From Flavobacteriales bacterium (lineage in GTDB: Bacteria > Bacteroidota > Bacteroidia > JANQJC01): a DNA stretch of 64,000 nucleotides. Shown one piece after another: positions 17,880-25,251 of the stretch. The position numbers were made by a program, and so were the translations under genes. The stretch spans positions 1,602-65,601 of the forward strand of contig JANQJC010000078.1 of the NCBI GenBank assembly GCA_028281825.1, read 5' to 3'. Position 1 is the stretch's first letter. Every line of letters starts with the position of its first letter. Below the pieces are notes generated by a model, which saw only the letters and a program-made list of their open reading frames with translations, did no database searches and had not been told where the DNA came from.

Positions 17880-20260
17880 GTAAGCGTGAGTTTCGCTGCG
17901 ACGTTGTCCTTCAGTTCAGGTTTTTGGTAGCCACCATAGCGGTAGAATACCCCTGCGCCTAATCCACTGAAGTTAACTTTCAAGATGTTGTCAATACGCA
18001 AGCCCGTTTCAAAAAAGCCATGCTGGAATGAGCGCACAGGCACATTATGGTGCAAATTGGGTTGCCCCAGCCAACCAAAGCCAATGTTGTTTACCAGGAC
18101 AAATGAAGGTTCCAGCTTTTTGGTTTTAAAGAGCAAGGTGCCGAAATTGTGGGTGTGGTATAGCGTGATGTATTTATTGGCAATGAACTCATTAATACCC
18201 ATAGTCTCAAAGGTGTTCTGGCTTGCAGCTGGAAGTCGGTCCTGGTAATCGCCCCTGCCTTTGTATAGCTTGCTGTAAGGTACGTCATCACTTACCCATC
18301 CTGCTGTAACTTGCCAGTTTTGTGTGCCCAGGTTCCTGATAATAAAGCGGTATTCCAGCTTGGCGTCTACTTTATAGTATTTATAAGTACCATTCCATAG
18401 ATTATTCAACCCCTGGCGGGCGGTAATCCAAATCACGGGGAACTTGGTACCCACTGAGTAGTCAACATCTTTGGTGCGCACTATTTTTTCCCTGAAGGCA
18501 TACCGCAGCCCAACAAATGCTTCTGTAAAATTGAATTGATTGACACCTGCAAAAACCCCATTGGCATCTACGCCATAGAGATAATTGTCGGTGATGCCTA
18601 TGGCTTGTTCCGCTAGCCCTACTTGTAGTTTTAGATATTTCAACATCCGCCATTGGATAGAAAAGCACCACTCTTGCAGGTCGTCTCTGCGGCCTAGGTA
18701 GTATCTGCGGTAAAGCTCTTGTGTGGTAGGTTTCCTGTCTTGAAGTAACACAGGGCGGCCAGCCTCAGGTATTTCTTTTTGGTATTCTGCCATTAAGGCA
18801 AGTTCGGAGTTGCGATGAAGGTTGAGCCTTACATCTCCGCCGTACTTAGCGGCTTTATCCTTAAAACCATAGCCCCACCATCCACCGAGAACAAATACCC
18901 GACTTAACTTATCATTGGTGTGCGCCCCCAAGCCTAATCTGAGGGTTTCAAAGCTATTAACAGATAGGAGGCGTTTCAAATCGATATCCAATGGACCAAT
19001 GGGATACCTGCCTGTGCTGAGGGCCGTGAGTACCTTTACCTTTCTATCCAGATTGGCTTCTTTACCTATGCTATCTACAACTTGATAGGTAGTCTTGTCT
19101 TTTTCGGACAGCTCATTGTACCTGTATTGATTCCAAAACTCCTCTGATTTTGTTGTTGCATCGGGCATTATTTCGAGTTCAACCTGGCTGAACTGGTTAT
19201 TCTTTAACCTGGGGTTTATCCTTATATCCCGGAGATATGCCCTGCCGATACCTTTTACGTGATAATTGTTAACATTAATCGTGTTCAGCACCATATCGGT
19301 ATTTAATTGGACTGGAAACCATTGGCCCTCTATCTTCTTATATTTCTGCTGGATATTGAGAGAGACATTATCCGCGTCTACTGCCTTGGCGGTCACATTT
19401 TGTACTGCCCAGCCATCCGTCGTGATGTATAACAAACCTTCCAGCCCATCAAAGTTCTTACCTTTTTTTGGACGGTATGAAATTACAAAAATGCTGTCAG
19501 CACCTGAATAGATGGTGTCTTCGAGCAAAAAGAAATACTTATTGGTTGAGCCACCGCTAATGGGGTTGAGGTAGTTTTTATCCCCCAAAGTGAAATAATC
19601 ATTGTAAAATGAAAAGGACTGGAATTCGGTGGCCATTACGCTAAAGGTGGGGTCTTTTAAACCTGAAACGCGGGTCGCCAATACTTTTTCATTGCTTTTA
19701 CCTGATTTGTAAATCCTTTCGGAAATGGTTTCAGAGAGAAACAAATGCTGCTTTTGAAAAAACTGCACCATCCGCATATCCGAGCTGTCTTGCTGGGGCA
19801 TATCTTCGGGTTTATCAGCGGTGAAATACATCTTATTGTATGAAGTATAGCTGAATGAGGGTAATTGTTCTGGATTGTTCTTTTTACGGTTGGTAGTGGC
19901 GTTTTTAATCATCCGATGAGCAGGGTTTTCACCCGGGAGCACAACCACATCCTGCATTTCGACACCTTCTGATGACAGGCGTACAGTTAATGGTTTTTCT
20001 TTAAGTGCATTACCTTCTAGTTTGAGTTTTTTATAACCCACATAACTAAAGGTGAGTGAGTTGACAGGCTCATCAGGTTGAACCGTAAACCGTCCATCAA
20101 TATCAGAAGTGGTGCCAACGGGCTTTTCATTAATAAGTATATTAACGAAGGGTAGCACCTGCCCATTAACACTGTCAATAACGGTTCCGCTAATTTGAGT
20201 GGATTGACAAAAAGCCCACGCGGGTATCAACAGCAAAAAGAGGCCTAGGGCTTTTTTCAT
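17867..20260 (-). CDS. Outer-membrane protein with carboxypeptidase-like regulatory domain and DUF5686-like barrel; start refined to ATG 20260
   Basis: Signal peptide; GTTSDIDGRF...SYVGY N-terminal domain; beta-barrel C-terminus. TATATTTG lies just upstream of ATG 20260. Confidence 0.8.
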   Translation of the reverse strand: MKKALGLFLLLIPAWAFCQSTQISGTVIDSVNGQVLPFVNILINEKPVGTTSDIDGRFTVQPDEPVNSLTFSYVGYKKLKLEGNALKEKPLTVRLSSEGVEMQDVVVLPGENPAHRMIKNATTNRKKNNPEQLPSFSYTSYNKMYFTADKPEDMPQQDSSDMRMVQFFQKQHLFLSETISERIYKSGKSNEKVLATRVSGLKDPTFSVMATEFQSFSFYNDYFTLGDKNYLNPISGGSTNKYFFLLEDTIYSGADSIFVISYRPKKGKNFDGLEGLLYITTDGWAVQNVTAKAVDADNVSLNIQQKYKKIEGQWFPVQLNTDMVLNTINVNNYHVKGIGRAYLRDIRINPRLKNNQFSQVELEIMPDATTKSEEFWNQYRYNELSEKDKTTYQVVDSIGKEANLDRKVKVLTALSTGRYPIGPLDIDLKRLLSVNSFETLRLGLGAHTNDKLSRVFVLGGWWGYGFKDKAAKYGGDVRLNLHRNSELALMAEYQKEIPEAGRPVLLQDRKPTTQELYRRYYLGRRDDLQEWCFSIQWRMLKYLKLQVGLAEQAIGITDNYLYGVDANGVFAGVNQFNFTEAFVGLRYAFREKIVRTKDVDYSVGTKFPVIWITARQGLNNLWNGTYKYYKVDAKLEYRFIIRNLGTQNWQVTAGWVSDDVPYSKLYKGRGDYQDRLPAASQNTFETMGINEFIANKYITLYHTHNFGTLLFKTKKLEPSFVLVNNIGFGWLGQPNLHHNVPVRSFQHGFFETGLRIDNILKVNFSGLGAGVFYRYGGYQKPELKDNVAAKLTLTFVL

Positions 20261-20313
20261 ACGGACAAATATAGATTGAATAATTACTACCTTAGAGCTA
20301 CAAACCCTCATTT

Positions 20314-21309
20314 ATGAAAAGAATTCTGTGCTTTTTTATTCCTATTTTATCTTTTTCTCAGGGGTTCTCACAGCAAGCAGGTAATCCTGCTGAATGTGAC
20401 TCTTTGGATATTGTTTCTCTTCAGTACAACCCTTTCGACCTTAATGAATTATTGGTAGTAGCCCAAAACAACAATCATTTGGAGATTTTCTCTTACCCGG
20501 GCTTCAAGTTGATTAATACTAGTAACGATACGGTGGCAGAAGAAACTGTTAATTATTTTGGTATTAGCAGTCAATCTGTTCATCAATTAAATACGACATT
20601 GACCGGATTTCAGCCTGGCGATGTTTTTAGTGGGGAGTTGTTGCTTTATACCAACTTTTACGATTCCTTGAGATGCGTGTTTCCAGTTAGTACTACCTTG
20701 ATACCCAATAGTGGTTGTTCAGAGTTCTATATTTCAACAACAGACTGGTCGGAGAATATCATGCAGTCAATTTATTGGACAATTACTAACGAACAAGGCA
20801 GCGTGGTTGAATCGGGTGAGCATGACCATACGTCAATTGAATATACACTATATGACACGGTATGCCTACCTAATAATAACTGTTATACCCTTAATATCAC
20901 GACCAATAATCCACTTGAGGGCAACTCTGACATCTCGATTACCTATTTGGGGTTTTGGGTTTCTCAAGGCAGCCAAATGGCACAGGGCACTACCCAATAC
21001 AACAGGGATTTTAGTGTGTATTTCTGTGATTCTTTGCTTAGTGTTGGGCAAGCGGAAGAGCCATTGAAACAAGTGAGATTGATGCCAAACCCAGCTGCGG
21101 AAAGGCTTAGTGTGAGCTGGGAAGATACTGAGCATTATCATACGGCAGAAGTATTTGACCTCAAGGGAAGAAGAGTGATGCTTGAGGGGCTTAATGCCCA
21201 AAGGTTTTTTACATTGGACATAGAGGGGTTACATGACGGCATCTATTCACTCAGGTTAACAGGTGCAGACGGTGTGGTGAACAGAAAGTTTATCAAAAGC
21301 GAGAGATAG
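20314..21309 (+). CDS. T9SS type A sorting domain-containing protein
   Basis: Signal peptide; LMPNPA...FDLKGRRV...LHDGIYSL...RKFIK CTD. Confidence 0.85.
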   Translation: MKRILCFFIPILSFSQGFSQQAGNPAECDSLDIVSLQYNPFDLNELLVVAQNNNHLEIFSYPGFKLINTSNDTVAEETVNYFGISSQSVHQLNTTLTGFQPGDVFSGELLLYTNFYDSLRCVFPVSTTLIPNSGCSEFYISTTDWSENIMQSIYWTITNEQGSVVESGEHDHTSIEYTLYDTVCLPNNNCYTLNITTNNPLEGNSDISITYLGFWVSQGSQMAQGTTQYNRDFSVYFCDSLLSVGQAEEPLKQVRLMPNPAAERLSVSWEDTEHYHTAEVFDLKGRRVMLEGLNAQRFFTLDIEGLHDGIYSLRLTGADGVVNRKFIKSER

Positions 21310-21335
21310 TTCACCTCAAAAGCTAAATTAGCGTC

Positions 21336-22364
21336 ATGAAAGCTATTACCATTGTAAAACACGGCAGCGCCAGAGAAGCATTTGAAGTGCGTGAGAAAAA
21401 CATTCCACAACCGCAATCCCATGAGTTATTGGTAAAGGTTGAAGCCTTTGGTCTCAACTTTGCCGACGTAATGGCCCGAAAAGGGCTTTATCAGGATGCA
21501 CCACCTTTGCCTTCAGTAGTGGGCTATGAAGTAGTGGGCAGGATTGAAAAATTGGGCGGTGAATTTGAAGGCCTGTCGGTTGGGCAAAGGGTAGTTGCCA
21601 TGACCAGGTTTGGCGGTTATGCTGAATATGCCGTGACCGATGCGCGAGCAGCAGTCGCGATACCTGATGATATGCCAGTGGGTGTGGCTGCTGCCCTGGC
21701 AGTGCAATATAGTACGGCTTGGTACAGTGCCGAAGAAATGACCAGGCTGCACAAAGGCGACCACGTTTTGATACAAGCAGCTGCAGGAGGTGTGGGTACT
21801 GCATTAGTACAAATAGCGAAACGCAGAGGTTGCGTGGTGTATGGTACAGCAGGCTCAGATGCAAAGTTGGATTACCTGAGAGAGCAGGGCGTTGATTATC
21901 CTATCAATTATAGAAAGCAGGATTTTTACCAGGAAGTGAAGAAGTTGAGAGGGGAAGAAGGGATTGATGTTGCTTTTGACTCGTTGGGTGGTGAGACGTG
22001 GAAAAAAGCATATAAGTTGCTTGGCAGTGGCGGCAGAATAGTGAATTATGGAGTGGCTGAGCAAGTGAGCAGTGGCCCTGCAATATTCAATACCCTGAGA
22101 GTAATGTGGAAGTTTGGGTTGTTCCATCCAGTTATATTGACCTTGAACTCAAGGGGAATAATTGGGGTGAACATGCTGCGTATCGCTGATAACAGGCCTG
22201 AAGCTTTGAAGCGATGCATACAAGACGTGGCGGATTTGGTTGCCAAAGGCGAACTAAAACCACAAGTGGCGGCTGAGTTTACTGCCGACCAGATAGCTGA
22301 AGCACATGAGTATCTTGAAGGGCGGAAGACCTTGGGTAAGATTGTGGTGAAATGGTCAAAATAG
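21336..22364 (+). CDS. NADPH:quinone oxidoreductase, MDR family (VAT-1-like)
   Basis: GLNFAD, VGYEVVG and AAAGGVG motifs; no catalytic zinc ligands seen. Confidence 0.88.
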   Translation: MKAITIVKHGSAREAFEVREKNIPQPQSHELLVKVEAFGLNFADVMARKGLYQDAPPLPSVVGYEVVGRIEKLGGEFEGLSVGQRVVAMTRFGGYAEYAVTDARAAVAIPDDMPVGVAAALAVQYSTAWYSAEEMTRLHKGDHVLIQAAAGGVGTALVQIAKRRGCVVYGTAGSDAKLDYLREQGVDYPINYRKQDFYQEVKKLRGEEGIDVAFDSLGGETWKKAYKLLGSGGRIVNYGVAEQVSSGPAIFNTLRVMWKFGLFHPVILTLNSRGIIGVNMLRIADNRPEALKRCIQDVADLVAKGELKPQVAAEFTADQIAEAHEYLEGRKTLGKIVVKWSK

Positions 22365-22543
22365 AAAGGAAGGCATAAGCAACATTTCATTTATTAAAAA
22401 CGTAAAGTGAATAACTATTTATTGTTATGCTTTCAAACAAGCAGATAGATTGACATCTTTGGAATGATAAAAGAGAAACAGTAGTTATGTCATTTGTTAA
22501 TTGGTTAAACAAGATTTACTATTTTTGCACAAATTTTTATGTG

Positions 22544-22690
22544 ATGAAACCATCCAAAGAAGCTGAAAGGATAGTTAAAGTAGCGAATGAGAAATTAGCG
22601 AGTATTAGAGAAAGTAGAGAGAATAATAATTCTGATAACTCTAATAAGTCGAGGGCTTCTTATACGACGGCTATTCGTGGAAGCTTCTAG
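22544..22690 (+). CDS. Small 48-aa protein, candidate antitoxin; start refined to ATG 22544
   Basis: Charged helical ORF downstream of a TATTTTTG promoter motif; overlaps the next gene by 14 nt. Confidence 0.5.
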   Translation: MKPSKEAERIVKVANEKLASIRESRENNNSDNSNKSRASYTTAIRGSF

Positions 22691-23306
22691 TGCTCCCACC
22701 TTATTTATTGTTGCAGGCCCAAACGGTGCAGGAAAAACTTCCCTAAGCAACGATATATTAAAAAAACACAAAGTTGAAGCTTTTGATTGGGATTTTGAAT
22801 ATGACCAATTTTGGGCCGAATTTAACTATGATTCTGACAGGACTATCAAGGAGAGTGCTAGGGAAAGGGCTACAGAGAAGTTTATTTCATTATATCACGC
22901 AGCTTTAAAGGAAAAAAGAAATTTTGCCTTTGAAGCAAACTTTCATTTAAAAGAGCATGTTGATTGGGCACAGAAGGCTAAACAAGCTGGTCATCACATT
23001 GTGCTCATATTCATGTACATGAAAAGTGTGGAGCTATGCATTGAAAGGGTAGTCGAAAGAGTAAAGTATGGAGGTCATCATGTAGAGGAGTTAGACATCA
23101 GAAAAAGGTATTCGAAAGGGCTTCAACATCTAAATGAATACTTCTCGATTTTTGATAATGTAATCATTTTTGATGCGTCATTAACATGGGAGATTGCCAT
23201 CATTGCGGAATTTAACAAGGGAAAACCAAATTATAAATCAAATAAAAGACTGAAAGAGAATGGAGGATTGCTTGAACTCCCAAGTCTTAGGTTGACTATG
23301 AGTTAA
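22677..23306 (+). CDS. Zeta-toxin family / P-loop kinase (predicted ATPase)
   Basis: IVAGPNGAGKTS Walker A, FAFE, and RVVERVKYGGHHV...IRKRY motifs. Confidence 0.85.
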   Translation: MEASSAPTLFIVAGPNGAGKTSLSNDILKKHKVEAFDWDFEYDQFWAEFNYDSDRTIKESARERATEKFISLYHAALKEKRNFAFEANFHLKEHVDWAQKAKQAGHHIVLIFMYMKSVELCIERVVERVKYGGHHVEELDIRKRYSKGLQHLNEYFSIFDNVIIFDASLTWEIAIIAEFNKGKPNYKSNKRLKENGGLLELPSLRLTMS

Positions 23307-23308
23307 TT

Positions 23309-23770
23309 TTACTCCAAAGTGATAGGCCTTTTAATACTTTCCTCTAAAGAGATAATGGTTTCTGTGCTATGCACACCATCTATATCCTGGATGTCTTCAT
23401 TTAGTACATCGCGGAGATGCTGGGTATTGCGGCAAACTATCTTTAAGAAGATGCTGTATTTACCAGTAGTGTAATAGGCCTCCACCACTTCGGGGATGTA
23501 TTCCAGTTTTTTGATAACGTCATTATACACGGAGCCTTTTTCCAAGAAAACACCAATAAAAGCGGAGACATCCATACCCAACTTATGGGCATTTACTGTC
23601 AGCGTGGAGCCTTCCACAATGCCGCTTTCTTTCAATTTATTCATCCTCACATGGATGGTTCCAGGAGAAACAACCACTTTTTTGGCCACTTCAGTGTATG
23701 GAATCATGGCGTTTTCCATTAAAATGGATAAAATCTCCCTATCTACCTTATCAATCTGATAATTTTCCAT
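23309..23770 (-). CDS. Lrp/AsnC family transcriptional regulator; start refined to ATG 23770
   Basis: IDKVDREIL...PYTEVAKKVVVSPGTIHVRMNKL HTH; TTGKYSIF..IVCRN RAM domain; close to the AsnC pattern. Confidence 0.93.
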   Translation of the reverse strand: MENYQIDKVDREILSILMENAMIPYTEVAKKVVVSPGTIHVRMNKLKESGIVEGSTLTVNAHKLGMDVSAFIGVFLEKGSVYNDVIKKLEYIPEVVEAYYTTGKYSIFLKIVCRNTQHLRDVLNEDIQDIDGVHSTETIISLEESIKRPITLE

Positions 23771-23857
23771 GTGTTTTATTGAATAAAATTGAATTATATA
23801 CAAATAAAGGAATTAATATTATGATAATAATAAAAATTATCTGTAAATATTGAATTA

Positions 23858-23889
23858 TTTGTAAAGAAAGGTGTATATCCTTACATTTG
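23858..23889 (+). promoter_or_regulatory. Consensus Bacteroidota sigma-A promoter driving the ncRNA unit
   Basis: TTTG (23858-23861), 20-nt spacer, TACATTTG (23882-23889). Confidence 0.85.
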
Positions 23890-23922
23890 TATCACGTTCT
23901 TTTTAAATAAAGTATTGGTTAT

Positions 23923-23987
23923 GCCCGACCTGGGATGGTTTGCATTAAATGGGGTACATTTTGCAAGCTATTTCCAGCGTCAGGTGC
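23923..23987 (+). ncRNA. Rod-like hairpin RNA upstream of the tRNA-like element
   Basis: Near-continuous pairing: GAC/GTC, CTGGGATGGTTTGCA/TGCAAGCTATTTCCAG (G-U pairs, one bulge) and AAATG/CATTT closing a GGGTA loop. Confidence 0.55.
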
Positions 23988-24022
23988 AAAAAATGAGGGA
24001 CAATTAGCAAAAATTGGAATAC

Positions 24023-24154
24023 TGTGGGGTGATGAAACCGGTCTGAATGACCATGGCAGACATGCCGCCCTGTCCCGGTGGTGGAGAGTACGGGATAAAG
24101 TGCGAGACAACTGCACCCAACCGCTCCGTGAAGGTTCGAATCCTTCCCCTACAG
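24023..24154 (+). tRNA. Atypical tRNA-Asp(GUC)-like RNA, 132 nt
   Basis: Acceptor TGTGGGG/CCCTACA with G73; D-stem ATG/CAT with GG in the loop; anticodon stem CCGCC/GGTGG with loop CTGTCCC (GTC at 24072-24074); T-arm GAAGG-TTCGAAT-CCTTC; 48-nt variable region; no encoded CCA. Confidence 0.8.
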
Positions 24155-24158
24155 CTAG

Positions 24159-24193
24159 AAGCCCCCTTACCGAATTGGTGAGGGGGCTTTTTT
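24159..24193 (+). terminator. Intrinsic terminator of the ncRNA unit
   Basis: AAGCCCCCTTACC-GAATT-GGTGAGGGGGCTT stem followed by a T-run. Confidence 0.88.
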
Positions 24194-24210
24194 ATTACAT
24201 TTACTCCATT

Positions 24211-24705
24211 ATGTTGATATTTCTCGTTACCTACATACAGGTTAATATAATACTGGGAATATTTCTTGGGATATACTACTGGGTAAAGGGCGATGGCCCT
24301 ACAGATTGGGCTAGCAGAATTTTATTGGTTCTTTTTCCCGTTTATGGATGGGGTAATTGGGTGTACAAGCGGGAAACCAAACTTGGAGGAATTCAATCCA
24401 ACAAACTGAAGGATGCTAAAATCATGATTAGGTTTGGTGTAGTGAATGGTTTTGCAATATTCTTTAGCCTACCTGCATTGATGAGAGCAATGGCCCTTGG
24501 GGGAATAGAAGACCATGCAGACAATTCAGGAGAATGGCTATTTAATGCAGGGTTTAATTTAGGTGGCATGCTTGTTAGCGGTTTTACAGGGTTACTATTG
24601 GCGGGTTTTTTATACACTGTCTTTTGCTGGGCACCTATTATTATTGGGCTGATAAGACAATCATCGGTTTATAAAAACTCGAACAGAGATAAGGCTTCTA
24701 GTTAG
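24211..24705 (+). CDS. Hypothetical membrane protein; start refined to ATG 24211
   Basis: Hydrophobic segments begin at 24211. The track's 23935 start runs through the RNA gene and its terminator. Confidence 0.65.
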   Translation: MLIFLVTYIQVNIILGIFLGIYYWVKGDGPTDWASRILLVLFPVYGWGNWVYKRETKLGGIQSNKLKDAKIMIRFGVVNGFAIFFSLPALMRAMALGGIEDHADNSGEWLFNAGFNLGGMLVSGFTGLLLAGFLYTVFCWAPIIIGLIRQSSVYKNSNRDKASS

Positions 24706-24719
24706 AAATCTGATATAGA

Positions 24720-25193
24720 ATGGAAAAACATTTCTGGGTTTTATTCATTGTGGCAACAGTGGCCAATGGGCTGATATTCAAATTCCGTTCAAGAAAATAT
24801 ATCAAGGAGAATCCAGAACTTAAAGATGGCTATGATATTCTCTTTAAAGGTTGGATATTTTACGGCAATATACCTTGGGTGATAATGGGTATTGGGGTAA
24901 TGACAGGAATGGTGGAAAGTGTGTTTGAGTTTTTCGATATAGGTGGACTGAAGCCTATTGTAGTTCTGTTTTACCTTTCAGTTGTCGTTTTGTGGATACT
25001 AGGTTCACGTTGGATATATTTTAGGGGCGGAGCAGAGATGCTATCAAAACATCCAGGATTTTTAACCGTCGGTTTCTCCGCAGTTAAAATATCTCCATTT
25101 TGGGTTAAAGCACTTTGGACTCTTATGTTGGTATCAGGAATTTTTGGTTTCACGATGATGCTGATGGGGCAACTTGGATTTTTTGCACAATAA
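24720..25193 (+). CDS. Hypothetical membrane protein (about 4 TM)
   Basis: 157-aa ORF with four hydrophobic segments. Confidence 0.7.
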   Translation: MEKHFWVLFIVATVANGLIFKFRSRKYIKENPELKDGYDILFKGWIFYGNIPWVIMGIGVMTGMVESVFEFFDIGGLKPIVVLFYLSVVVLWILGSRWIYFRGGAEMLSKHPGFLTVGFSAVKISPFWVKALWTLMLVSGIFGFTMMLMGQLGFFAQ

Positions 25194-25251
25194 ATTACCA
25201 TTTATGGAATTTCTCTAAATTCACATCTTATAGTGAAAAGAGAGAAAACCT

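Noticed and set aside
24023-24154. Interpretation as tmRNA, tRNA-Sec, intron-containing tRNA or Y RNA
   Set aside because: It is too short for tmRNA and has a full D-arm and anticodon arm. The anticodon is GTC, not TCA. The insertions are in the D-loop and V-arm and are far smaller than group I introns. No Ro60/TROVE gene is nearby.
23935-24210. N-terminal 92-codon extension of the 23935..24705 ORF, and antisense ORF 23919..24116
   Set aside because: Both run through the hairpin, the tRNA-like cloverleaf and (for the extension) an intrinsic terminator, and the translations have no protein-like character. ATG 24211 is the better start.
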